This document shows, piece by piece, positions 36,247-48,399 of a DNA stretch of 64,000 nt. The position numbers and the translations under genes were made by a program. This DNA is from Massalongia carnosa (taxonomy: Eukaryota). The notes beneath the pieces are model-generated. The model saw only the letters and a list, made by a program, of their open reading frames with translations. It was not told the origin of the DNA and did no database searches. The stretch covers positions 2,542,001 to 2,606,000 of the forward strand of contig OZ287071.1 in assembly GCA_965645245.1 (NCBI GenBank). The letters run 5' to 3'. Position 1 is the first letter of the stretch, and the number at the start of each line of letters is the position of its first letter.

Positions 36247-37215
36247 AATAATAATAATAATAATACATATCTCATTCAAACCCCAACCTAAAACCTTAAC
36301 CGTCCGGGTTTTTGGGATGGGTGCGTTAGGGAGTAGTTATGTATTCTCGGGCGTTGCTCTGGCTCTGGCTCTGCGTTGCTTTTGTGCTTTTGATGAGGTT
36401 ACGTACGGGGTGTATGTATGTATGTAGATGAATGGATCAAGGAAAAGACAGAAAGAGACGGAAGACCGGCACTTACTCGGAACTTTGTTTCCTTTTCTCG
36501 TTCATATGCTGGTGATATACATACATAAAATAGATCTGTAGAAGATGGGGGGAGCGAGGATACATATGTACAATAGATGATGGGGTAAGGTGGGTTGGAT
36601 TAGCTACCAGAATCCCCAATAGGTAGATACAAGAGGCGGGGAAATAGTGGGAGCTGGTCACCGCAAATCGTGTTCGTGGACGATAGATGACTGATAGATA
36701 GCTAGGGGTATAAAGACCGCACAAAAAGCCAGAGGAAGGCGTGGGACTTGAACTAGGTAGACGGCGCATCTAGTAATCGCAACCGCGGCTCTCATGTCCC
36801 CCATCCCAACGTTCTCCCTTTCTCTCGGTTTCTGGCGGCATGGCCTGGAAAGAAACCCCACCCCGGCGAGACCCATCCCTCTATTCGAGTGTCCATGGTG
36901 ACCTTCCATATACCATTTAATCCCTTGGCATTCCATAGCCGGAACCCCTATGTCCCTTTGCTGTAGCCAAGAAAAGACCAAAGTATGTGCGAGGAATGAA
37001 TTTTAGTTGAACCCAGAGGACCGTCCGGAGGCCAAGAACGGTCCTCAAATAACACAAACATCAAGGCTCGACGCGATGGGAGCCGCGAAATATCAGAGAA
37101 GAAAGAATGGGAAAAATACCCAAATGGCAGGCCAAAGATCAAGAGGGAGTACCCTTTGATCGACGCCATACCGACGGCAACCTTTCCAAAAGCCCATGAA
37201 TGTAGCGTCGGCACG

Positions 37216-39186
37216 TCAAACCGCCCAGCTGCCCCGGCGGGCTCGATCCCCCCATTCTCCATTCTGACCCGAGATTTGGTGGCGCATGTGCGACTGCTGC
37301 CGAGCCCATTCCCTCACATACTTTCGTAAAGCAGACCATCTCGCGCATGTCCCTTGCTGCACACGTCTGATATCGCTGCCGCCGCCCTCGGGCGCACCGA
37401 CGTAGCCTTTTGCGTTTGCGAGGCTATCGTCCTGGCGGAGCTCGTCGACGGAGATCTTGGAAATCTTGCTGAGCTCGGCGTCGTATTTGCGTGCGAGCGA
37501 CGGGTAGCCGAGGGAGAGGTAGTTGTAGACCTGGGTAACGAAAGCATCGTGAAACTCCAAGGCGATCTTCTGCTCCGTGTGAAGGATGGAGTCCAGCCCG
37601 GAGATTCTCGGGTCACTTTGGGAATAGGGCGGAGGAGATGGGGGAAGCACGTCCGTCCCGTACGACGAGGGAGGCGAAATGAACGGATCATCTGCCTCGG
37701 CGGCGGGAGTGAGCAAACCGCTCTGCAGTTGTGCAGAAGCCTCCAGGTTTGCTTGGGCCGGCTTCGCCGAGGTTCCCATCCATAAACCGCAATCGGATCC
37801 TTGCTTGCTTACACCTCCACCAGGTGTCCACAATCCGGTGTGCCCCTTGGGCGTGACGGCTTCCGCACCTTTGCATGCAGACGGGTGCTGTCCCACTTCT
37901 AGGCGTGTTGGTTGGGGCGACGGACATAGGGGAAACTGCAACTTCTGCCCCGCCATGGGAGGACTGGCGGCATTCCGCATTTTTTCCCATTCGGCATCCC
38001 GGTGCCGACCTTCATGGTGGTGTTTGGCAGCGTTCGTGATCTGGGGGGGATTTTTGACAGATGGGACGGATATTCGACACGACCCCTTTTTCGACCGCCG
38101 TCGGTCAAGCTCAGGCTGAGCCGTTGTTTTGGGTTTCTTGTGCTGCTTCTCTAGCGTCTCTAAATGAATACGCACGTCAGACGCATGCCAACCCACGCCA
38201 GATGGGCCCCGCAGAACGCGACAATCGTCCCGGGACGCTTTTGGAGTATCGGCAGAGTGATGGCCCACGTCAACATCATCATTGGACTCCTCGGAGTCTC
38301 GATCGACGGCAAAGTGATCGACAGGCTCATGCACTTTCTCGTTCGGATACGCTGCCATGGCCTGTTCTCTTAATTCTTTTTCTGCCGCTCGAGCGGCGTG
38401 CACGAGCAGATCGCCGGACGAATTCTCATCATCGCTGTTTCGTGCCCATCTCCCGAGCTTCGAGAGCCCGGTCTCATCTGAAGCCGCGGATGGAGAGGTT
38501 GAGAGAGACGGGCAATCGGATTCATTCGAGCCCTCGCTGTCCCCCGCCGACAAGATCGACGGGAGATCGGGGACTCTGAAGGAGCGCCGACGGGTTTCAT
38601 TCTTACGTAGATTTAACGACGAGAACTTCGATTCCGACAGCCCAGCAACTCCTTGTGCGCCGAGCACGGGGGTATTAACCGGCGCGATGAGGAGGGGGAT
38701 AGGGCGAACGGGCGTCAAGGATCGGGGTCCTATGGGCGGGTCCTCGGGCGAAACTTCCGTCTTGTCGGATGGCAAAACGGCCGGATGTGTATCCGTACTC
38801 CTTCGTCTTCGACGGGTGGTCTCGACGAGTTGAGGAGCGAATTTCCGTGGTTTCGGGGCTGTGGGTGTTGTATCGGTTGGTTGGGGGAGTATCGACGTGA
38901 GTGTTGTGGGGTTGGTCGACTTCACAGCGTCGATGGGCGGTGTCTCTGGGTGTACACCCCGCTTCCGCACGGTGGAGGCCTCGACGAAGGGTGTTGCGGG
39001 TTTTCGTAGGCCGCTGCCACCAGCATCAGGATTTCGTTCCTTAGCTGGCCATGCTCGGCTGCTCCTCGCAGCGATTTCCACCGGTTCCGGAAGAAGACGT
39101 CGAACTTTCTTCGTGCTCATGTCTATCGGTTGTGGCAACAGTCTGGGTGTTGAGAGTCGGGAGGATTGAGGGGATTGGGAAGCCAT
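37216..39186 (-). CDS. Conserved hypothetical Pezizomycotina protein (disordered N-terminus, conserved C-terminal domain)
   Basis: Long ORF, likely start MASQSPQ. Repeated LLPQP/LLPEP/FAPQ motifs, LREQAMAAYPNE, ASPPM, and FVTQVYNYLSLGYPSLARKYDAELSKIS...RWSALRKYVREWARQ. Confidence 0.8.
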   Translation of the reverse strand: MASQSPQSSRLSTPRLLPQPIDMSTKKVRRLLPEPVEIAARSSRAWPAKERNPDAGGSGLRKPATPFVEASTVRKRGVHPETPPIDAVKSTNPTTLTSILPQPTDTTPTAPKPRKFAPQLVETTRRRRRSTDTHPAVLPSDKTEVSPEDPPIGPRSLTPVRPIPLLIAPVNTPVLGAQGVAGLSESKFSSLNLRKNETRRRSFRVPDLPSILSAGDSEGSNESDCPSLSTSPSAASDETGLSKLGRWARNSDDENSSGDLLVHAARAAEKELREQAMAAYPNEKVHEPVDHFAVDRDSEESNDDVDVGHHSADTPKASRDDCRVLRGPSGVGWHASDVRIHLETLEKQHKKPKTTAQPELDRRRSKKGSCRISVPSVKNPPQITNAAKHHHEGRHRDAEWEKMRNAASPPMAGQKLQFPLCPSPQPTRLEVGQHPSACKGAEAVTPKGHTGLWTPGGGVSKQGSDCGLWMGTSAKPAQANLEASAQLQSGLLTPAAEADDPFISPPSSYGTDVLPPSPPPYSQSDPRISGLDSILHTEQKIALEFHDAFVTQVYNYLSLGYPSLARKYDAELSKISKISVDELRQDDSLANAKGYVGAPEGGGSDIRRVQQGTCARWSALRKYVREWARQQSHMRHQISGQNGEWGDRARRGSWAV

Positions 39187-39902
39187 GCTAGTGAGCAAGT
39201 GAACGGGACAACCGGGGGAAGGTCTGGACGTCTGGACGTCTGGTCTCGTGCAATTGCAGGTGCAGAGGCGTATGAAATGTCGAGCGGCTAGGTACCTGCC
39301 TAGTTGATCTACCGGTTGAGCAGCACACGTTGACTTGACCCGACTTCTTCGAGGGGGATCTGAATCGATTTCCCCGTGGTCACGTAAGGGACTTGACGGA
39401 AGAATTGATCTGATTGGCTCCGTACCCACCTCGTGACTCCAACGTGACAATCATACCACAAGCGCCTCCGTTGCCATTGCCATTCTTACCTATTCCTGTA
39501 CTCCATCCGCTACAGAGTACAGAGATCGGGCAGAGATCGAGTGAGTGTGGCGGACGAATCCGTATTAGATGCGGAATCTAATCATCGAATCTAACATTAC
39601 GCTTCCGAAAAGCTCGGATGATTGTGGGGACTAACCCTAAAGAGTGAAAGAGATCAAGCAGTCCATGTCAGGGATTGTAAAGGGCGTTCCGACTCGCTCT
39701 AGCAAAACGTCAAACGTAGATTTACAGGCTTATCGATTCCGAAGTACCGTATTATCTGGCAAATAAGACTCTAGTCTTATAGGGGGTGGTCAACCCGAGG
39801 GTCATTTGGAACGGGGTCTTATAAGCAGGGGGGTCTTATAAACAGGTATGATCTTATGAGGGAGTAGATCTTAGTAAGCAGGGGAAAAACACGAAGACGC
39901 GC

Positions 39903-40178
39903 TTGCCTCAGTACCTCAGACGTGTTGTGGCACAGCCTTCACCTGCACTAACCTCTTTCGGTTAGCTCGGAGCTAACTTATTTAGCATATGTGCCTAACC
40001 CTTTAAAATTAGGCTTTGCTTACTCTGCCGCCCGAAGCATGAGTAGTAAGCTAAATAGAATCTTATCCTAAAACAGTTAAACATTTAACTAAATTGACTT
40101 AGCTTCTAACTAATTATATACTAATCCGAAAAGGCTTAGCTGTGGCGAGGGCAAGGCAGGTCTGAGGTACTGAGGCAA
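39903..40178. mobile_element. Nested MITE, 276 bp, perfect 19-bp TIR, 8-bp TSD
   Basis: TTGCCTCAGTACCTCAGAC ... GTCTGAGGTACTGAGGCAA; AGACGCGC at 39895-39902 and 40179-40186. Confidence 0.88.
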
Positions 40179-41320
40179 AGACGCGCATCAAGTTTGGCCC
40201 GCGTTGGAGGTATCCCAGTTACGTATCACTTCATCATTTTATCCACCTTTATCATCTGTCAGATAGATGATGATGGGCGAAGACCTTGCTTGCTACTACA
40301 GAAAAGGGAGATGACTATACAGAGTGACAGGGCTGAGGGCCGAGCTCGCTTAGTAATGGCCACTTTGACACACCCCTTCGAGCGAAGGTCGGCCTTGCTG
40401 TCACCTTGACATTGAGCATCCCTTGACCGTGTAGTTTCTTCCTCGACGATGTTGTCCTGCTTTGTAGCCTCATTAAACCCACAACCACCACTCATTCGTA
40501 GACCTCGTGGGTGGATGGGAAGAGTACTATGGACGTTTGCCTACCGCGGACGTAGCAGATAGGGCTTTTTGCTGAAGATTGTTTGATTGAATCTCCTTCG
40601 CAGGCTGAGCTAGTGAGAACCCCTCGATGGGGCCGAAGTGTAGCTACTTTGTGGATGCTAAGCCATAAATGCTGGCCTGCACGAAGGGCTTTTTGATTGA
40701 TCGTCTCCTTCGTAGGCTCGATGTGGTGTCATCTTCTTCTTTATCGTAATCGTCTCGTTTCTGCCCGACATCTCGCTCGTTTCTGTCTCGTGTCCCGCTC
40801 GTTTCTGCTCTATGGCTCGTTTCTGCTTCGTGTCCGACTCGTTTCCGCTTGACGTCCCCGCTCGTTGTCCCTCGATGTCAGCTCGTTCTGCTCTGGCCCG
40901 TGTCGGCTCTGGCTTGTGTCTGCTTATTCGACCCGTATCTGCTTCGTGGTTGTATCTGGCTGATGTGATGAATAAGAAGGATGACATGGCTTACGACACA
41001 ATAGCTTCCGCCAAGCTATCGTGAAGGAAGGCTTCTTTCTATCTATCAAATGAGGGTAGCGGAACGTGTACGGAACACTGCTGACCAACCGGGCTCATAA
41101 CTGTTGAGCTGAATGTATGATAACAATGAGCTCTATGATGAATTTATATTTACGTCAGAAGAATATCTCTTGATAGTGAAATCGATGATTGATTTATTGA
41201 TGGATTTATGATGAATCCTCTAAGCCTAAATTTACAAGAAGAGAATTTTGTATGAGCTTATCTCGCTTATTACATAATCTCTGCCGTTAGTCCGACATCA
41301 TCTTTTCATTGCTTTATTTC

Positions 41321-43173
41321 ATGGCTCCCTTGCACGTCCAGAGTCCTATGCAGGCTCAAAACCAGCCTCGTCCTGGGCCTAATTCAAAGTCCACCAGTCT
41401 TCGCAGCTTGCATTCAGCCCGACTTCCCAAGAAAGCGTTTATGCAGCCTTCAATTCCTAGCATGCCCGGTTGTTCCAATGATAATGCTTCTATCATTAAA
41501 CAATATCGTCTGCATCGAGAGGTGGCCGATCATCCTACACTTCGCGATATTTCTGACGACGAATATGATGCTCCTCGACATCGAGTATCCTACACCAGAG
41601 AGCAGAAACTAGCTGCTATTAGCTATGCTCAAACTACGTGGAAGTCTCAGAAGGATGGAAGTATGAAGCTTATCAGTAAATATGCTGCAGCCAACAATCT
41701 TGGAATTACTACCACGATGCTTAGAAAGTGGATTGAAAGTAGTTCGAGTATCGCCGCTCAACCTAAAGGTAAACGAAAAGACAGCAAAGCTATGGGTGTA
41801 TGTAAAGAGCCTGAGCTTGAAAGGCGACTTTTGGAGTTATTCATGGAAGCCCGTAACTCTGGACGTAAAATCAATAAACGTTGGTTTGTTCGTCAGGGTC
41901 GTCAGGTGTATGGTCAATTATATCGTCATCGAGTGACTAAGGCATCCGGAAGAATGACTGAGTATGCCGAGTTCAAATTCTCTAATGGTTGGTTTCGTGG
42001 ATTCAGACGAAGGTGTGGTATAGCTGTCAGAAATCCTACCAAAAAGCCCAGCAGGTGAATAATCAAATGTTAATTTTTTTGATGATATTGAACTAACGGC
42101 ATTCGGTTCATATCAGATTCCCGAGAACTTTCGCGATATTATTCAGTTGTGGTTACAATTTAATCGTCGCAATTCTCAACCGCTTTTGGGTCAAATTCCT
42201 TTGCATGGAGGAGGAAGATTTCGTCTTTGCGATATCGGCAATATGGATCAGACTCCTATTGCTTACGAGTTCCTGCAAGGTCAATGCTACGAGTTTAAAG
42301 GTGCCAAAACTGTATGGATTAAAACCCATCGGTCTGGATGGGATAAAAGACAAGCCACTTTGATGATTTATGTTTCTGCTGACGGCATTAATCGATGCAA
42401 ACCTCTTCTTATATTTAAAGGCCAAGATAGCACAAAATGCAGTCGAATCAAGAAGGAGATGACGCAGTACGACTCGGGAGTAGTAGTTCAATGGGATCCA
42501 AAGGCCTACTGCAATGGAAAAGTCATGTGTCGATGGCTAAAACAGCAGTATAAATACGCTACTCTAGGACTTCATAACGCTAATACACGGCGTTTTCTAT
42601 CATTAGATGTGTTTGCGGGACAAAAAACCGAAGAGGTAAATAACTGAGCATTTTGTTTTCAAGCTGCTCATGTTTGCTAACAAATTTTAGGTTAAACAAG
42701 CCTTTAAAGATTGAAACGTCACAGCATCATTTATTCCTTCCGGCTGCACCGGGTTTATTCAAGTTCTAGACGTCGCCATTAATAAACCTTTGAAGAATCG
42801 AATATCGGAGCTAGCCGACATTCATTACGATGAGCACTTCGAGAAATGGAATAAAGGCTCATACACGGTGGGTGATCGACGAATTATGCTAACAAAATGG
42901 GTGGGACAAGCGTGGAGGGAAATGCACATGGAGCATTCTTCTTTGATTTGTCAAACCTTTCGAAAGTTAGGATTGTCTCTTGCTGTAGACGGGTCGGAGG
43001 ATGATGAGTTGTCAGTGAAAGACATACCAGGCATAACGGTAGGCGATTGGAAGCTTTCTACCGGTCAGGAGGATATACAAGAGGTAGAGGAGCCTGATAC
43101 AACCGATAATAGCGAGGAGGTACAGAAGGATGACGAAACTGAAGGCGTCATTGAGGTTAGGGAGTATGTTTGA
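41321..43173 (+). pseudogene. pogo-family transposase (HTH plus CENP-B HTH plus DDE_1, DD35D) with two introns, disabled
   Basis: YTREQKL..; FKFSNGWFRGFRRR; NMDQTP; LSLDVF; IPSGCTGFIQVLDVAINKPLK. Introns at 42055-42116 and 42636-42690. The exon 1/2 junction is out of phase by one base, and there is an in-frame TGA at 42712-42714. Confidence 0.88.
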
Positions 43174-43806
43174 GTGATGAATCTGTGGCCGTTTTGAATA
43201 GCGATACTGAGATGGATGTTGATGACGATTGATTTGCAGGGGATTTTTACTGATGCTTAGAGAATTTTTACTACTGTTTTGCACAAAATTGCCCTGTTGA
43301 TGATTTGTCATCCCAAAATCTCGAAATTATGGTCTTATAGTGCAGGACCCCCCCTATGTTCGGAAATAAGCTATTTGAACGGGGTCTTATATCCGGGAGG
43401 GTCTTACCCAAAAGCAGGGTCTTATTTGCCAGTAGTATCTTCGGGATTGGAGTATTCTAAATGAAGCGATTTATTGGTCATGATCCCTACTTTACGCTAA
43501 CCGTAAAATGAAACGACAGACTTCTGCTGGCCCACACGGGTTGGGATGACTCAGCATTCGACGTCGAAGTATTTTCAACCGCACACGCCCAAGTCAAGAT
43601 GCGCTGTTAAGCGTTACGGCGTCGAATTCGTACTAAGTGCAGCTGTGTGGTAACGTGTAACGTGTTCGTGGCGTTGTGCATTGGCGGATTGGTGGATTGG
43701 TGGATCGGTGGATCGGTTTTACGGGTAGAATATTCTATCTAAAACTCGTCGGGGCGTCGACCTCGTTCCTGTGACCCGGAGCCCTTTCGTGATGCAAGGT
43801 TCCCCG

Positions 43807-46800
43807 CTACCAGACGTCCTCCGCAGGCGCTGTCGTGCTGCCTCCATGCTTCCCCAAGGATCCAGCGTCTTGTGATCCTCCAGCATTCGCAGGAGGGTAG
43901 TGATGCCAGCCTCCTCCCGCCTGTTCACCGGTCCAGTTCGCTTTGCCATTCCACGTCGCAGTGTTCTGGCTCCCGTGATTCTGGTTCGCGCTAGCATCTG
44001 CGCCTGACCCTCCGTGTCCAGTCCAATTGGCACCTCCATGGGCATTGTTATTGTGCTGGATGCCGCCATTCGTCACGCCGGTGTCTTCAGCTCCAACGGC
44101 GTTTCCACCTCCCAGCCACTCAACGACGTTCCCTGGATGAGACGGAGCCTTGGTGGCATTGTGCCAGCCAGGCGCAGCGTCGTTCCAGCTGGTCGTGGCA
44201 GGATTCGCCGGGGCTGATGGAGCTTGCGTGTCCCGTCCCCAGTGATGTTCAGGATTGGTAGATGTATTATCACTCGTATTGTTGCCATGGATGTGGAGAT
44301 GGGAAAGCTTTTCGTTGATGGTACCTCCCGTGGGACTGATGGGTTTGTATTCCGTGTGAGCTTTCGCGGTGCTGTTGGATCCTCCGGATTCTGTAGTGCT
44401 ACCGGATGTTCCACTGCCAGTCGAGCCTTGTGGATTCCGTTTGGCCTACATATGTAAGGTTAGGGAGACGACAGAATGATTTCCAGGAAACTTGCCTTGG
44501 CCTGGAGGATTTGCTCGATAAGCTCTTCTTTCGAGAAGCCTTGCAATTTCTGTTTTTCCTCAATCTCAGGTTCGCGCAGTTTTGTGTGTAAAATTCGCTC
44601 TAGCGTCGCTGCCAATCCGGTCAGCGTGCGCCTGGTTAAAGATCTAATGGCTTTACCTCTGGACCGATACTTGAATACGAATACCGCGTAAGGGTTCTCG
44701 TGGCTATCCATGTAGTTGGGAGTCGATTTGCGGTGAACATACACTGCCGGCTGACCAAGACAGACTTGGTGCGACATGTTTTGACGTCGAGCAACCTCCA
44801 AAGGAATCTTGTAAAGCGGTTCGGCGGGCCCCGAACCGAACGTGGAACCCTCGGGTTGCTTCTGATGCTTCCAGGAGGACCAGTAGGGCCTTGGGTGCCG
44901 AGCTATCCCCAGCGAGACGCTCGAAACGGGATTGGACTTTTTGGACACCCTTGAGTGTTGTCCTTCATGTGTCGAGACGGGCTGAGTCGGCTTCTGGGAA
45001 GCCATATCTGGCAAGCTCCCTGGGCCATGAGTGGTCGCTGGCTGGACAGGCCCGCTACTGTCCCACACGATGCCGGATTCCCCAGATTGGTTGTGGCTTG
45101 GGGGAGGTACGCCGGTTTGGCTCGTATCGTTTGGGGCAGATGGAAATCGAAATGGCGAACTTCGATTCTCGTTAATCTCCATAGCCTCTGGGGTGGAGTA
45201 GACTTACCTAGGGTTTTCCCAAGGCGCTGGTTTCTTGCTCATGTCCTGCGAGGTTTCGGCTCCCGGGTGAGTTGCTAGTGTTCCCTGGGTATGTTGAGCT
45301 GGTTGCATCCGAGTGCTTCTGTCCTCAGTTTTCCCTCCCCAGCACTGGGCTTGATCCTGGTCGTTCGCTTGGGAGTAGCAAGTATGGTAATTACTTCCTA
45401 CATTCGAATGGTCATTGCGTTCCCATTCGTTGCGCTGGACGTTATTGTTGGACTTCGAGCCCCAGCCCTGGCCTTGGTCTTTATGCGCGTTACTGGTAGA
45501 AACGCGTCCCGGGGCGGCGGTATTGTCGTCGGCGTTCCAGTTATAATAATCGCCTTGGCCATGACTATCAGAAGCTCCCCAATTAGTAGCACCCTTATTC
45601 TCGTTAGCACCCCATGCACTGTTGTTGCGCTGAGTCGAGTCGTTCCTATCTCTCCAGCGTGTATGGTTGTGACTCTGGTCATTATTCCAATTGTTATCAT
45701 TTCCCTGGCTTTGGTCCGAGGAACTAGGCCAGTCACCCGGCATACGTGGCGGAGTGTTTTTCCGATTTTCGGGCACTGAGACCGCTAACATGCTAGAGGG
45801 TTTTTGTTCGCCCAAGTGATATTGAGAGCTCTTACTATCCTGGCCTGGCTTTTCCCATGTATTTACGTTCGCGTTCTCGTTACCGAGGACTATGTTTCCT
45901 GCGACTTCTGCATCATAAGGAGTCTTTCTTGAGGCCCAGCTGCCTGCGTCGGAGTCGATGTCCCAGGTTGTGGGGACGTTTTGCGGCGGAGGCGGAGGCC
46001 CAGACCGAAGCCCAGACCGAGGCCCTTGATTAATGTTAATCACCACTCCAGGAGAAGCCGGTGCCGCTGGGTTTTTTGTGATTCGCTGGCTGGCAAATGA
46101 ATTGCTCCTGTTCGCTCGGCTCCCGACTGGAGAATACTTAGGTGCGTAAGGAGGTGAAACTTGTTCTTTGCTGCCGTTTTTATACCGCCTAGGATGAGCT
46201 TGTGGTTGCTGTTGTTGAGTCGAGTTGATGGAATGCCTGCTCTTGGGTGGTGGACTACTGCTACCCCAGTCATGACCATACCGTTCTCGCGAAGGATTGC
46301 GCCCGCTCCAATTCTGCGACCCTACTCGTTCAGCAGCCGATTCAATTCGTTTAACTAGAGACTCGCTGGCAACATGATGTGAACTTATAGAGGTCGGTCT
46401 TGATCGGTGCGTTGGGCCATAGTCCGTGGAGGGGTCATCCCAAGCCATGTCTCCGCCCAGAGAAACACCTCCCCCCGGCTCGGAGGTAGGATCATATGCA
46501 CCATCAAAAATACCACCCATTACAGAATTCGAGCTGCCAGAACTTGAGGAATCGTTGTCTGGAGATATCTGAAAATTGGCTATATCAGGGTCCTCAAGAC
46601 TCGGTGCCTGAACCAGTGAGGGAGAGTCCACCGCCGACTCCCTTGAAAGATCAAAGTTTGGAGTTTCCGTGGGTAGGCAGCGAAGCACTAAGACCTCGAT
46701 TGTGCCAGCATAGTCTACGTCATGGGAATCATGAGGATTTGGAAGCTTTGTAGAATCTGTCACTGAAGGGGTAAGGTCAGCTTTGATACCAGTCGAGCCT

Positions 46801-47180
46801 AACGAGCGTCATGACTGACCAGGCCGTAGTTTCTCGAATCTCCACTGCTTGCCAATGAATGTCCCATCTGATGTCATTTCCTCTTTCTGTCGAACATGGA
46901 AGTCGACTTCTGTATGCTTGCTTGACGATGTCCCGTCTGGAATCTTCAAGTTGCGTCGATTGCGATTGCATTGATATATTCCGTCCATGTAGACAAACAT
47001 GGCAAGGCCAGGTGCAATATAGCCATGCGACTTTAGGTGAACAGAGAAAGGGGTAGGAACCGATGGGATCGCTACGTACGTCTCAACGAAGCCATCTGCA
47101 TATGACGTTTGATATTCCTGCATAGGGAGATTGGAGGCGGACCATTCCAATGTGCACGTTATCTGCTTGAGTGTGGGCAT
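43807..47180 (-). CDS. Protein with an N-terminal beta-rich domain (DUF7918-like) and long G/N/S-rich, Trp-punctuated disordered regions (multi-exon)
   Basis: The MPTLKQITC...YIAPGLAMFVYMDGIYQCNRNR exon splices into the 519-aa and 240-aa ORFs and a 213-codon last exon ending ...PAEDVW*. GTIEVLVLRC and PYAVFVFKYRS motifs are present. Confidence 0.8.
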
Positions 47181-48399
47181 CGTGATGAGTGCGCTGCGCA
47201 CGAATCAAGATTTCCGGATGACGGTGAGGAAAGAGGTTTTGTTGTTGGAAGAGAAAAAACATCAACAAGGAGAGTATGGACCTTAATATTCAATGCTCGT
47301 AACCCCGGCAGCTTGTTGTGTTTTCCCTAACGGGTGTATTGATTTTTTCGAAGCGGAAGTGAGCTGAATGTGATTCTCATTTCGACAGAACGCGATAAAT
47401 AAGTGAATGAGCTTATAATGTCGCCATTTCTTTATGAATGGCCTTACCCAAAGTACATTAAAGCGACAAACAAAGAGACAGAACCCTCAAAAAAAGCCAA
47501 TACCTAGCCAAAAGTCGATTGTTCAACAAGTGTTGCCAACCCAACTTCCTAGAGACTGGATGCATATCTTACGGATGACTCTAACGTTTACGATGAGATG
47601 GAGAACTAAACAGTGAGACGCTATCGCTAGATATTGTGTTTCACTATTTGAGAAGACAGAGAGGGTTTGGACAGGATCGCCATGTAAATATCAACGTCGA
47701 CATGATAGTTGTTAACACCAAGCCACGAGTCTGAAGATGGAAACAGCTATTGAGCTTAGTGCCTATATGTCCCCCATGTCAGAACATGGAGTGGAGGGTT
47801 CGCATACTTGAAATGATAGAACACATCATCTAGTTAACGTATCTTTATTGATATAATCGTATGACTATTTCTAAGGTTAGTTGGCGTCAAGGCGAGAAAT
47901 CGGGAGTTTGACGAACTAATCGTGTCGTTCATAGATGGCTCAAGGAGTAGGTCGTTGCTATCGATTTTCTTTTAGAGTTTGTTTATATTAGCATCGCCCA
48001 TTCAGCAGCTGGACCGATACTAGCTATCCTATACTCCGTGCAACAAATGGTCCATTCAATACACGCATCATCCCATTCGCTTTTTATGCCCATGCATAGT
48101 TAGCGCAACATTCTCCTCAGTTCTTTTTTAACTCAATACGCTCTCTTCTTGCATCTCTTTCGATCATCGTTCAGTGTTTTCATCTTTTCCATAATTGGCT
48201 AATATGGAAGAAATGCAGAGAGCAGCTCCAGTAGAGCCCAGACCCCACGGGGTCGTCAAAAACCGTCGCAACGGAAGGAGAGTTGGAGAGTGGTCATCAA
48301 GTCCTCAGTATATCGACCCGTAGAAGATCGGTTTTCATACATGTAGCGTTTACGTTGAATCCTTACTCTACACTGGGCCTTTAACGGACTTGAGACCAG

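Larger units (their letters stand above)
39747..43437 (+). mobile_element. pogo/Fot1-type (Tc1/mariner superfamily) DNA transposon, about 3.7 kb
   Basis: Left end TA|CCGTATTATCTGGCAAATAAGAC. Right end GTCTTATTTGCCAG (43419-43432) with a degenerate outer part. Multiple subterminal GGGTCTTAT motifs at both ends, and a transposase inside. Confidence 0.8.

Noticed and set aside
43807..44076. 89-aa G/N/H-rich ORF as a stand-alone amyloid signalling peptide for the NLR
   Set aside because: It is the in-frame end of the last exon of the 47180-43807 gene and lies about 15 kb from the NLR.
45204..45206. Apparent in-frame stop or readthrough between the 519-aa and 240-aa ORFs
   Set aside because: The TAA lies within a GTAAGT donor of a plausible 48-nt intron.
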